Positions 14,767-23,550 of a stretch of 64,000 nt of DNA are shown here, one piece after another. The DNA lies in IMG/VR virus record IMGVR_UViG_3300045988_037140, positions 11,143 to 75,142 of that record; one strand, 5' to 3'. Made by a program: the position numbers and the translations under genes. How positions within the stretch are numbered: position 1 is the first letter of the stretch; every line of letters starts with the position of its first letter. The notes under the pieces were generated by a model, which did no database searches, was not told the origin of the DNA, and saw only the letters and a list, made by a program, of their open reading frames with translations. This DNA comes from a virus.

Positions 14767-14901
14767 AAGACCTTAACAGCAATAAAAATGGACTGTAAAT
14801 CCGTCGCTTATGCTACGCAGGTTCGAATCCTGCCCTCCCCACCACTATATGGCGGAGGTAGGGAAGTGGTTAAACCCAACGGAACCGAAAAGAAAAGGTC
14901 T
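14767..14901 (+). ncRNA. AAGAC-clamped ncRNA module C with a circularly permuted tRNA(Tyr-like) domain, immediately upstream of the Ro60-like vWA gene
   Basis: Clamp aagacctt/aaggtct. Interior order: anticodon-like loop ctGTAaa + tccgt; variable arm; T-arm gcagg-ttcgaat-cctgc; acceptor 3' strand cctcccc; A-CCA; loop ctatat; acceptor 5' strand gcggagg; U8-A9; D-arm ggg-aagtggttaaa-ccc; then acgga, which pairs back to tccgt. Confidence 0.45.
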
Positions 14902-14958
14902 AGAATTTAATCTCCCTTGTCCAAGGGAGTAACTAAAAATCAAAAGGAGATTGATACG

Positions 14959-16449
14959 ATGAATACTTTTATGAACGCTATGAAGCAAGATACCAACTTT
15001 ACCTTGACTGAGAATGGCGCAGTTACCCATAAGTCCACTCTGAATGGTCTTATGGATTTGTTCGCGCTCGGCGGAGCATACCGCACTCGTTCTGATGCAG
15101 ATTGTATCACTTTGTTCAAGGCGGCCTTTGACGAGGATGAAGCTCATGCTTTAAAGTGCCTGTTCTATCTGCGTGATGTGCGCGGCGGCCAGGGTGAGCG
15201 TCGTTTCTTCCGCGTTGTGACCAACTGGCTTGCTTCTCACGAGACTGAAGCCATGCGTCGTAATCTCCAGTTTGTGCCTGAGTACGGTCGCTGGGACGAC
15301 CTGTATATCTTCGTTGGCACTCCTCTGGAGAAGGACGCTTTCAATTTGATGCGCCATCAGCTGGCTTTGGATGTCTCTTGCAAGACTCCTTCTCTGCTCG
15401 CTAAGTGGCTGAAGTCTGAGAATACCAGCTCTAAGGAATCTCGCCATCTGGCGGTGATTACTCGCAATCATTTTGGCATGACCGCAAAACAGTACCGCAA
15501 GACTCTCTCTACTCTGCGTGAGCGTATCCGCATCGTTGAGCGCCTCATGTCTGAGAATCGGTGGGACGAGATTGAGTTTGACAAGATTCCTTCTCGTGCC
15601 GGCGTAATTTATCGCAATGCGTTTGCTCGCCGCGATATGATTAAGGCTAAGTATGAGGCTTTCGCTAAGGATACTGAGACTAAGGTTAATGCCAGTGCTC
15701 TCTATCCTCACGACATTGCACATCGTGCCTTTGAAGCCAATCGTAAGGGATTGGGCGATCCTGATCGTCTGATGCTTCAGAAGTATTGGGAGAACCTTCC
15801 TAACTACTACGGTGATAATATCGAGAATGGCATTGCTGTTGTCGATGTTTCTGGCTCTATGACCGGTGTTCCTATGGAGGCTGCGGTCTCTATGGGTGCG
15901 TATATCGCAGATAAGGCGCACGGTCCTTTTGCCAACCACTTCATTACCTTCTCTGGTCATCCTGAGCTGGTGAAGTTCGAGGGGGCAGACATTACCGATA
16001 AGTTGTGCCGTTGCATTGGTGCAGATTGGGGTATGAACACTAATATCGAAGCTGTCTTCGATATGCTGCTCAACACCGCGATGAAGCAAAGTGTAAAGCC
16101 TGAGGATATGCCTACTCGCGTCTACATCTTCTCTGATATGGAGTTTGACAAGTGTGTTACCAGTAACTCTACTGATCGGGGTGGCTGGGGGTATGGTATG
16201 CACAGCGATGCCATCCAGACTCTCTTTGAGGCTATGAAGGCTAAGTGGGCACGCTACGGTTACAAGATGCCTAGCTGCATCTTCTGGAACCTGAACGCCC
16301 GCAATAACAACATTCCCGCAATCGGTGACGGCTTTAGCTATGTAAGTGGTTTTAGCCCTGTTATGATTCAGCAGATTCTCAGCGGCAAGGACGGACTCGA
16401 TCTGATTCTTGAGAAGCTGGACAGCGAGCGTTATGCTCAGATTCACTAA
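14959..16449 (+). CDS. vWA-domain protein with Ro60/TROVE-like architecture (helical N-terminal part + C-terminal vWA MIDAS DVSGSM)
   Basis: ATG 14959 after aaaaggaga. MIDAS motif IAVVDVSGSMTG, later FSGHP and FSDMEFD. The N-terminal ~300 aa look helical. The following genes are an AAA+ MoxR ATPase and an unknown protein. Confidence 0.5.
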   Translation: MNTFMNAMKQDTNFTLTENGAVTHKSTLNGLMDLFALGGAYRTRSDADCITLFKAAFDEDEAHALKCLFYLRDVRGGQGERRFFRVVTNWLASHETEAMRRNLQFVPEYGRWDDLYIFVGTPLEKDAFNLMRHQLALDVSCKTPSLLAKWLKSENTSSKESRHLAVITRNHFGMTAKQYRKTLSTLRERIRIVERLMSENRWDEIEFDKIPSRAGVIYRNAFARRDMIKAKYEAFAKDTETKVNASALYPHDIAHRAFEANRKGLGDPDRLMLQKYWENLPNYYGDNIENGIAVVDVSGSMTGVPMEAAVSMGAYIADKAHGPFANHFITFSGHPELVKFEGADITDKLCRCIGADWGMNTNIEAVFDMLLNTAMKQSVKPEDMPTRVYIFSDMEFDKCVTSNSTDRGGWGYGMHSDAIQTLFEAMKAKWARYGYKMPSCIFWNLNARNNNIPAIGDGFSYVSGFSPVMIQQILSGKDGLDLILEKLDSERYAQIH

Positions 16450-16454
16450 ACCCT

Positions 16455-16500
16455 CTCAAACGGGGAAATGGCAAGAAAATTGCCATTTCCCCGTCTTTTC
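16455..16500 (+). terminator. rho-independent terminator
   Basis: ggggaaatggcaa-gaaaa-ttgccatttcccc followed by gtcttttc. Confidence 0.5.
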
Positions 16501-16521
16501 TATTTATTGAAAAATAATTTA

Positions 16522-16560
16522 ATTTATGATATAATAAATATATAAGGTAAGGAAAGGAAG
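16522..16560 (+). promoter_or_regulatory. phage consensus promoter + leader
   Basis: tttatgatataataaatatataaggtaaggaaaggaag. Confidence 0.45.
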
Positions 16561-16568
16561 TTACATAG

Positions 16569-17465
16569 ATGCTATATCCATATCCAGCTGGAATGCCATT
16601 CCCAAGTTTGTTTACGTCTTCATTTGAACCGCCAGCGCAATCTGCTTCTGATTATTCTCTATATCGAGAAGATTTTGGTAGCATTTACAGTTTACTGAAT
16701 ACTATCAATAACCGTGAAAACAATAGCTTCATGCGTAACGAAGATTCGTCTCAGGAACGTGGAAATGAAGAGTGGAGTGGTACATCTTCTTATGAAGAAG
16801 CTCAATCTCTCTTGATTCATGGCTATGAAGATCCGGTTAAAAATATCAAGAGCAGCTTAGCTAAAAATAAGAAACTGACAAGTAAAATCTACAATTCAAT
16901 TCCTAAGCCCATAGTCCAAAATAGAGTGGTAGGATTTGTTCCAAATGTACCCAATGCTCTTAAAGGACTGCCGGAATCTATGATTACACTGGAAAAACTC
17001 CATAAGAAGAGAAAGACCATCTCTATTATCTATGCTACAGGCGGTAGCTGTGGCGTAGAAAGTGATGTTCTGGCATCTGCGGGTGCGGCGCTTGTATCCG
17101 CCATCAACCTCATTGAGTTGTCCGGTGTGCAAACTGAATTGTCGGTTGGTTTTATGCCTACGAAAGAAACTAAGCAGATTATTTTTCCAACTGTGAAGAT
17201 TAAAGGCTATGGCGAACGCTTTAACTTGCAGAAAATCTGCTTTCCGATGATTCATCCTGCGATGTTTAGACGAATTGGTTTTAAGTACCTTGAAACTTGT
17301 CCTGGTATGGTAGAAAATTTTTCTCATGGGTATGGCCGTCCGCCTGAGCTTGAAGTTTTGAAGACTCTTATCAAGGATAAAAATACCTATGTGATTAACC
17401 GTGCGTGGATTACTGAACATGAAAATGATATTGAAGAAATTCTTAAATATATGGAGGTCTGCTGA
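16569..17465 (+). CDS. hypothetical protein (partner of the vWA / MoxR pair)
   Basis: 298 aa; no motif recognised; lies between the vWA and MoxR genes in the same transcription unit. Confidence 0.4.
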   Translation: MLYPYPAGMPFPSLFTSSFEPPAQSASDYSLYREDFGSIYSLLNTINNRENNSFMRNEDSSQERGNEEWSGTSSYEEAQSLLIHGYEDPVKNIKSSLAKNKKLTSKIYNSIPKPIVQNRVVGFVPNVPNALKGLPESMITLEKLHKKRKTISIIYATGGSCGVESDVLASAGAALVSAINLIELSGVQTELSVGFMPTKETKQIIFPTVKIKGYGERFNLQKICFPMIHPAMFRRIGFKYLETCPGMVENFSHGYGRPPELEVLKTLIKDKNTYVINRAWITEHENDIEEILKYMEVC

Positions 17466-17466
17466 T

Positions 17467-18426
17467 ATGAATAGAGATAAGATGCTCGAAGCGATGATGA
17501 AGGCGGTGACTGATGCGGTCGTCGACGTGAATGTGGAAGAAATTCTGGCGAAAGTGTATCCTCAGATTGATGAGAAAATTCACGAGACTTATGGTTTCCT
17601 GCCGGAGGTTCATGAAGTGCGGACGCCGACTGCAACCCATAAGATCTGTGGCACTACGCATGAGAAGTTTGACGAGGTTCTCAATATTGTCAATCTGGAT
17701 ATCCCCGTTTATCTGACTGGCAAAGCGGGCACCGGCAAGAACGTCATTTGTCAGCAGGTTGCGGAAGCTCTGGGTCTGGATTTTTACTTCACCAACGCCG
17801 TTACGCAGGAGTACAAGCTGACTGGCTTCATTGATGCCAACGGTAATTATCAGGAAACCCAGTTTTATAAAGCTTTTACGAAGGGTGGTCTGTTCTTCTT
17901 GGACGAGATGGACGCATCTATCCCTGAGACTCTGATTATTTTGAACGCGGCCATCGCGAATAGATACTTCGATTTCCCCAACGGCAAAGTTAGTGCGAAC
18001 CCTAACTTTAGAGTCATCGCTGCTGGTAATACGGTTGGTACCGGTGCAGATAATAACTACACTGGTCGCTATTGCTTGGATAGAGCAAGTCTTGACCGTT
18101 TTGCTATGGTGAATATCGACTACTCTGAAAAGATTGAGATGGCTATGGCAGATAATAACAAGAATCTGGTATCTTTCTGCCATCGTTTCAGAGAGATTAC
18201 CGATAAGGCTGGCATCGAGTGTCTGTTCTCCTATCGTACTATTGATAGAATTGCGAAACTCGAAACGGTAATCAGCAATCTGTCCGAGGTTCTGTCTATC
18301 TCGCTGCTTAAGGGCATGGACGAGGATACCTTGTCTATTCTTAAGAACGAATTGTCTGAAGCTAAGGATATGACAAATAACAAGTATGCGAAAGCTATTA
18401 TCAATGGTAATAGCTGGGATTTTTAA
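17467..18426 (+). CDS. MoxR-like AAA+ ATPase (AAA_5: GKAGTGKN, FLDEMDA)
   Basis: ATG 17467 after ggaggt. Walker A LTGKAGTGKNVI, Walker B LFFLDEMD, sensor AAGNTVG. Confidence 0.65.
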   Translation: MNRDKMLEAMMKAVTDAVVDVNVEEILAKVYPQIDEKIHETYGFLPEVHEVRTPTATHKICGTTHEKFDEVLNIVNLDIPVYLTGKAGTGKNVICQQVAEALGLDFYFTNAVTQEYKLTGFIDANGNYQETQFYKAFTKGGLFFLDEMDASIPETLIILNAAIANRYFDFPNGKVSANPNFRVIAAGNTVGTGADNNYTGRYCLDRASLDRFAMVNIDYSEKIEMAMADNNKNLVSFCHRFREITDKAGIECLFSYRTIDRIAKLETVISNLSEVLSISLLKGMDEDTLSILKNELSEAKDMTNNKYAKAIINGNSWDF

Positions 18427-18438
18427 GGAGGTAAACCA

Positions 18439-18645
18439 ATGATGATGGAAGGTTGGCTTTGCCCTCGGTGTCATAAAGTAAATGCGCCTTGGGTGTCACA
18501 ATGTTCCTGTGAAGATTTTTGGCGTGACAAGATTACTTGCAATCCATGTACTACAGGAGCGTATCCGAGAGACAACTGGTCTGTTACTACAGCTACTAAC
18601 GCTGATGTGAACAGCGATTCTACGAAAGCTGTACCCTCGGTATAA
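18439..18645 (+). CDS. small zinc-ribbon protein (CPRCH...CSC...CNPC)
   Basis: RBS aaggaggtaaacca; 68 aa. Confidence 0.45.
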   Translation: MMMEGWLCPRCHKVNAPWVSQCSCEDFWRDKITCNPCTTGAYPRDNWSVTTATNADVNSDSTKAVPSV

Positions 18646-18649
18646 GAAT

Positions 18650-18690
18650 AAGGGGAGCTATCTATATAGCTCCCCTTTATTTTTTTGAAA
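18650..18690 (+). terminator. rho-independent terminator
   Basis: aaggggagctat-ctat-atagctcccctt followed by tatttttttt. Confidence 0.55.
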
Positions 18691-18691
18691 A

Positions 18692-18730
18692 ATTATAATA
18701 TAATATATATAGAAAGTTAAGAAAGAGGGT
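18692..18730 (+). promoter_or_regulatory. phage consensus promoter + leader
   Basis: aattataatataatatatatagaaagttaagaaagaggg. Confidence 0.45.
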
Positions 18731-18739
18731 TTGTGATAA

Positions 18740-19318
18740 ATGTTTGTTATTCTGTGGATTAAAGAAAATAAATATTATGCTTATGCCAAGGAAAATCATT
18801 GGACTGATAATATTTACGCGGCTGGTAAGTTCAATACCTTAGAGGCGGCTCAGAAGTATGCAAAGAATAGTCTAAAAGATAAACTGCAGGAATTGCAGTA
18901 TCTTACTCTTGATGGCAAGAAAGCAAGCGAAGACCCCATTCCTACTTTAACAAAAGAAGAAGCAGAAGCCGCTTATGAAGAACTGCGGCAGGCTGTAGAA
19001 ATCTTCGGTAAAGCTGCTGAAAAGATTCCGGCTATCACAAAATATTATGCTACTATACAATCTGAGCAGGATAGGCTGCAAGAAGATTTGCTCCATAAGT
19101 TTGAGTTTACCTCTCCTGGAAATATCATTTTCGTCAAACTGGGACGTATGCTTAAGGCTTGCCGAATCAAGAGAAGAGAGGCTAAAGATCGTCTTGGTTA
19201 TATGATTGCTATTGGCAATGCCAAGGGAAAGGATATTCTTAACGCACATAACAATCATAATCACCTGATTGAGACTCGCAACTATAATCCGCGAGTTATG
19301 CCTGAACTGTTTAACTAA
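18740..19318 (+). CDS. hypothetical protein
   Basis: 192 aa. Confidence 0.4.
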   Translation: MFVILWIKENKYYAYAKENHWTDNIYAAGKFNTLEAAQKYAKNSLKDKLQELQYLTLDGKKASEDPIPTLTKEEAEAAYEELRQAVEIFGKAAEKIPAITKYYATIQSEQDRLQEDLLHKFEFTSPGNIIFVKLGRMLKACRIKRREAKDRLGYMIAIGNAKGKDILNAHNNHNHLIETRNYNPRVMPELFN

Positions 19319-19333
19319 GAAAGAAGGTATACG

Positions 19334-19645
19334 ATGAAACTGTGGATTGATGATCTGCGGCCGGCTCCGAGCGAATATATCTGGGTTAAAAGTGTAAAAG
19401 CCGCTAAAACTGCGATCTGGCAGTATGAACATAACATGATAGATGATAATATCTTGATTGACCTTGACCATGATGCTGGTGACTATGCGTCTGAAGGTGG
19501 GGACTATATTAAGTTACTCGATTGGCTAGAAGCTAAAAACATTGTAGACACAGGATATAGCTTTCATCTCCATAGTATGAATCCTGTCGGCGTTCAGAAT
19601 ATGAGAGCAATCATTGAGAAGAATGGATGGGAGGAAATTAGATAA
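19334..19645 (+). CDS. hypothetical protein
   Basis: 103 aa; RBS gaaggta. Confidence 0.4.
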   Translation: MKLWIDDLRPAPSEYIWVKSVKAAKTAIWQYEHNMIDDNILIDLDHDAGDYASEGGDYIKLLDWLEAKNIVDTGYSFHLHSMNPVGVQNMRAIIEKNGWEEIR

Positions 19646-19821
19646 TGGTCAAAACTTGGGTACAATTATATGACAGATTGGGACGACAACCATTATCTAA
19701 AACGAAAGAATCCCGTATCGTCCTCAAGAATGAGGATGGAACTTTCACACCTTTAATGCTTGTATTTGATAGCAACGGAGCAAATTGGTGGCTTGAGAAA
19801 AGAAAGGAAGGAAAAGATTAA
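19645..19821 (+). CDS. hypothetical small protein
   Basis: taATG overlap coupling; 58 aa; not in the ORF track (<60 aa). Confidence 0.3.
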   Translation: MVKTWVQLYDRLGRQPLSKTKESRIVLKNEDGTFTPLMLVFDSNGANWWLEKRKEGKD

Positions 19822-20052
19822 ATGGGTAAGTTTTCAGAACTCGATCTAAAATGGTATGAAGAGGAAGATTTGGAAGACCTCGAAGCCGAATATCCGGGTC
19901 TTTTCGATAAATCAAGAGAAGAACTAGACAAGTTTGCAACCCAGCTATACTGGAAAGCGCAGAATCTAATCGAGGAAGCAAATAGCCTTGAGAGTAAGGC
20001 TGATGTTATTCGAACCTATCTGGGTGCGACAGAAAGAGAGGAAGTGTTGTAA
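19822..20052 (+). CDS. hypothetical acidic protein
   Basis: 76 aa. Confidence 0.35.
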   Translation: MGKFSELDLKWYEEEDLEDLEAEYPGLFDKSREELDKFATQLYWKAQNLIEEANSLESKADVIRTYLGATEREEVL

Positions 20053-20054
20053 TA

Positions 20055-20357
20055 ATGGGAAAAATTACTCGTCATAGCAAAGAGCGCATTGTTCAGAGGA
20101 CTGAGGGATGTGAGAGTTTCGCAGAAGCTAAGAAGTTAGCTAAGCAAGCTAAGCGATCTGGTGCAACTATAAATCAGTTTCAGAAGTTCCCTAAGTTCTT
20201 CTCGTATCTTCAGAACAAGAGAAACCAGACTAATACCTGTTCTATTAGAGTTTATCGAGGCAACATTTATATCTGGCGTGGCAAAGATACATTGATTACC
20301 GCGCATCCTATCCCCGAAAGATATATTAAAGAAATGGAGGCTATTGGCGATGACTGA
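20055..20357 (+). CDS. hypothetical protein
   Basis: 100 aa. Confidence 0.35.
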   Translation: MGKITRHSKERIVQRTEGCESFAEAKKLAKQAKRSGATINQFQKFPKFFSYLQNKRNQTNTCSIRVYRGNIYIWRGKDTLITAHPIPERYIKEMEAIGDD

Positions 20358-21147
20358 TGTTATGAGTAGAGTCCATGACCATCTCGATGAAAGTTTGCAG
20401 AGGTTTGACGAATCAAGAATCGTCGGTATCTTCTTGCAAGGCTCTCAGAACTATGGTCTTGAAACTCCTAAGAGCGATGTTGATACGAAGCTGATTGTTA
20501 CTCCTACTTTTGATGAAGTGGTTCTTAACAAGAAGCCTATCAGCACCACTCATGTAAGAGCAAACAACGAGCATACCGATCTGAAGGATATTCGATTGAT
20601 GCTCGCCACCTTCCGCAAACAGAATCTCAACTTCATTGAAATTCTCTTTACCCCTTATGCTTGGGTAAACCCTCTTTTTGAAAGTGAATGGGGTCGTCTG
20701 ACTGCGGCGCGCGAGCAGATTGCTCACTACTCTCCATATGGCGCAGTTAAGACCATGAAGGGTATCGCTATGGAGAAATATCATGCTATGGAGCATGAAT
20801 ATCCTAGCAAATTGGAAGTACTAGCCGAGTATGGCTACGATCCAAAACAGCTCCATCATCTCCTGCGGGTTCAGGAGTATATCCATAGATACATCAGCGG
20901 TGAATCCTATGAAGCGTGCCTGCATCCTAAGCGTCCTGAGTTTCTTGTAGCTGTTAAACAGGGGTATTTTAACCTTGAGCAGGCCCGCACTTCCGCGGAT
21001 GCGGCTATTGCTGACGTAATTGAAACTGCGGACGCCTTCTGTGAAAAAGTTGGTAAGACTTTCGATACCGCAGTTGATGAACTGCTTGATGATGTGCAGT
21101 ATAATATCGTAAAAAGTGCATTGAAAGGAGAGATTCTAAGTGATTAA
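20344..21147 (+). CDS. pol-beta-superfamily nucleotidyltransferase (GS-x12-DVD motif)
   Basis: GIFLQGSQNYGLETPKSDVDTKLIVTP is the classic minimal NTase signature. A helical C-terminal domain follows. Confidence 0.5.
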   Translation: MAMTDVMSRVHDHLDESLQRFDESRIVGIFLQGSQNYGLETPKSDVDTKLIVTPTFDEVVLNKKPISTTHVRANNEHTDLKDIRLMLATFRKQNLNFIEILFTPYAWVNPLFESEWGRLTAAREQIAHYSPYGAVKTMKGIAMEKYHAMEHEYPSKLEVLAEYGYDPKQLHHLLRVQEYIHRYISGESYEACLHPKRPEFLVAVKQGYFNLEQARTSADAAIADVIETADAFCEKVGKTFDTAVDELLDDVQYNIVKSALKGEILSD

Positions 21148-21934
21148 GAACTGGCTCGTTACAGGAGATACTCATGGTCAAGTCCTTGAGAGACTTAGTC
21201 ACATTGGGTACCCTCCTGATGAAACTGCGTTGATTATCCTTGGTGATATGGGTCTTAATTTCTATCTAAATAAGACCGACCAGAAGAACAAGAGGAATGT
21301 CAATGCAACCGGATTCCGCATTTATGCAGTTCGTGGCAACCATGAAGAGCGTCCAGAAAACCTTTTCATGGAGCAGATGTATGACGAAGATATTGATGGC
21401 GGAGTATATTATGAGCCAGAGTTTCCGAATATCAGATACCTCTTTGATGGAGAGAGTTATAACATTCATGGCTACTCTGTCCTTGTTATCGGCGGAGCGT
21501 ATTCCGTAGATAAGTGGTATCGACTTAGAGATCGTCCAGAAGATACAGATAGTTGGACTGGCTGGTTCAAGGATGAACAGCTAACCAAAAAGGAAATGGA
21601 TGAAATTGGCGCATGGGTTGAGGGTAAGCGTTATGATTTTGTCCTAACCCATACTTGTCCCATTTCTTGGGAGCCAAGAGATTTGTTTCTCTCTGGTCTT
21701 GACCAATCCAAAGTAGATAAAAGTATGGAACTTTGGCTTGAGGATATCAAGAGTAAAGTTGATTGGGAGGTATGGCTCTGCGGCCACTACCATGACGATC
21801 GGTTAATCCGGCCCGGCGCAGAAATGTACTTCCACGACATTGAATCTCTTGATACAATTTGGGAGCGTTGGCAAGATCCTGAGAGCCTTGACTGGTGGTT
21901 GAAGAAGGATCCAAACTACTATATGGGTAGATAA
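21140..21934 (+). CDS. metallophosphoesterase (calcineurin-like: GDTHG, GDMG, GNHE)
   Basis: Motifs I-III of the MPE fold. Confidence 0.65.
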   Translation: MIKNWLVTGDTHGQVLERLSHIGYPPDETALIILGDMGLNFYLNKTDQKNKRNVNATGFRIYAVRGNHEERPENLFMEQMYDEDIDGGVYYEPEFPNIRYLFDGESYNIHGYSVLVIGGAYSVDKWYRLRDRPEDTDSWTGWFKDEQLTKKEMDEIGAWVEGKRYDFVLTHTCPISWEPRDLFLSGLDQSKVDKSMELWLEDIKSKVDWEVWLCGHYHDDRLIRPGAEMYFHDIESLDTIWERWQDPESLDWWLKKDPNYYMGR

Positions 21935-21942
21935 AAAAATAA

Positions 21943-21975
21943 AGGGTCGAAGTATTTAATACTTCGACCCTTTTA
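21943..21975. terminator. bidirectional terminator
   Basis: aaagggtcgaagtat-ttaa-atacttcgaccctttt; lies between convergent + and - genes. Confidence 0.6.
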
Positions 21976-21976
21976 A

Positions 21977-22234
21977 TTAAAAGTCATGCCACTCAAGTTT
22001 CTGCGGACTTCCAGTTCCGCCGATCTTTTGATAGCCATTTGCTGTGGTATATTGCAAGATGGCATCTTCTACAAAGTAGATCTTGCCTTCTTCACCAACT
22101 TCAGGAAGCTCAGAACGCTGTGTTACTTCAATGCTTCCACCATTTTTAATCTGTTCCTTAACCCATTCTTTGAGTTTTGTATCATAGTGAGATAAAAGGT
22201 TAAGGTCAATAAGGTTTTCTAATGCGACTGCCAT
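21977..22234 (-). CDS. hypothetical protein (minus-strand island)
   Basis: 85 aa; RBS aaggag on the minus strand; one of only two convincing minus-strand genes. Confidence 0.45.
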   Translation of the reverse strand: MAVALENLIDLNLLSHYDTKLKEWVKEQIKNGGSIEVTQRSELPEVGEEGKIYFVEDAILQYTTANGYQKIGGTGSPQKLEWHDF

Positions 22235-22247
22235 TAGGAATCACTCC

Positions 22248-22517
22248 TTAACCAAATAGTTTATCAATGTCTGCAATGTCGGCTAAGCTGCCTTCAACGA
22301 CAACTGTCCCACCGCCTCCGCCGCCACTTGACTTTTGTTTAATCCATTGACCCTGGTTGTTCAATCTATAAGTGCTAGAAGTTGCGACAACCTCGCAAGT
22401 GCTGCCAGGGGTAAAGTGGGTAGGAAGGGTGGCAATTTCGTCTTCGGTATCAACTAGTAGACGAACTAGATAGGGAGTGATTTTCTCCCCACTCATCATC
22501 TGAGAATACATAGACAA
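22248..22517 (-). CDS. hypothetical protein with a Gly6 run (minus-strand island)
   Basis: 89 aa; RBS aaagggg. Confidence 0.4.
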   Translation of the reverse strand: MSMYSQMMSGEKITPYLVRLLVDTEDEIATLPTHFTPGSTCEVVATSSTYRLNNQGQWIKQKSSGGGGGGTVVVEGSLADIADIDKLFG

Positions 22518-22607
22518 TCTGCCCCTTTCATTATTTTCTCTATTGTTATCTAAAAAATGATAATGAGTGTATATCAGCTTTTGGCCAAAATAAATACCTA
22601 TTTGAAA

Positions 22608-22656
22608 AATGTTATAAAATATATTATAATATATATAGAAAGTTAAGGAAGAAAGA
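22608..22656 (+). promoter_or_regulatory. phage consensus promoter + leader
   Basis: tgttataaaatatattataatatatatagaaagttaaggaag. Confidence 0.45.
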
Positions 22657-22657
22657 A

Positions 22658-23062
22658 GTGATAACCATTCGTATCTGGCATCAAAAACTTATTCCCTATC
22701 TTGACCGTCAGCGTCTCTTAGGTCAGCATCGAGAATGTGCGGCTCTGAGAGGAAAAGGCTGGGGCAAGAAACACGCAACTGTAGACTATGCTTTTACACA
22801 TGACCCTGCCTTGCTTGTCGCTTATCATTATCTGATTATGGACGAGATGGAGAAGCGTGGTTACCATCCAGATAAGATTTGGAAGAATCCGAACTGGCGA
22901 GGAAGTACATTGGGCGAAGATACATGGATTTCTGATTCTAAGTATGAAGAGATTTATGAATCTGCCAAGCAGGGTAATATGATTTATCCTGAACATGATG
23001 ATGCTTATTTGCAGGAGTGTATCAATATCCTGCACGAAAAAGGTATCGACATTACGATGTAA
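22658..23062 (+). CDS. pyrimidine-dimer DNA glycosylase (T4 endonuclease V / DenV-like)
   Basis: GTG start. IRIWHQKLIPYLDRQRLLGQHRECAAL...AYHYLIMDEMEKRGY parallels T4 DenV [20 protein letters not shown]. Confidence 0.5.
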   Translation: MITIRIWHQKLIPYLDRQRLLGQHRECAALRGKGWGKKHATVDYAFTHDPALLVAYHYLIMDEMEKRGYHPDKIWKNPNWRGSTLGEDTWISDSKYEEIYESAKQGNMIYPEHDDAYLQECINILHEKGIDITM

Positions 23063-23081
23063 CAAGAGAGGAGATAGCTAT

Positions 23082-23252
23082 ATGATGCCCTATGTTTGTG
23101 ATGGAACTATCGTAAGAGTGAGAGACGGCCGCACCGGTAAAGTCATCTGCGTTGATAGAAACACCAAGATTGCAGTAGTCTATACTGGTAAGGCATCTAT
23201 CTCTACAAAGATTGAAAATCTTGAGGTCATTTCCTACAAGGAGGTTCAGTAA
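23082..23252 (+). CDS. hypothetical small protein
   Basis: RBS gaggag; 57 aa. Confidence 0.35.
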   Translation: MMPYVCDGTIVRVRDGRTGKVICVDRNTKIAVVYTGKASISTKIENLEVISYKEVQ

Positions 23253-23253
23253 A

Positions 23254-23547
23254 ATGCCCGGAAGAGTAAGAGTTCATCGACCCTCTCCAGAAAAAGAGGG
23301 AGAGTATAAGATGCGTATTCTTAGCATCTTAAATGAGTCTGAGGAAGCTATGACGATTGATGAAATCAAGAGTCAGGATATGATTCTCCAGCCATTAACA
23401 TCTCAAAAGATGGCAAGACTTATCGGCAATCTGATTGAAATGGGACTTGTGCGGAAGGGCAAGTCTAAGAGCCTCGGACGCATGGTTTATAAGGCTGTAG
23501 CAGTCATGATTAGTCAAGGCTATGACGTGAATGAAGAGGAGGAGTAA
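23254..23547 (+). CDS. winged-helix-like small protein
   Basis: RBS aaggagg; 97 aa. Confidence 0.35.
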   Translation: MPGRVRVHRPSPEKEGEYKMRILSILNESEEAMTIDEIKSQDMILQPLTSQKMARLIGNLIEMGLVRKGKSKSLGRMVYKAVAVMISQGYDVNEEEE

Positions 23548-23550
23548 GAT

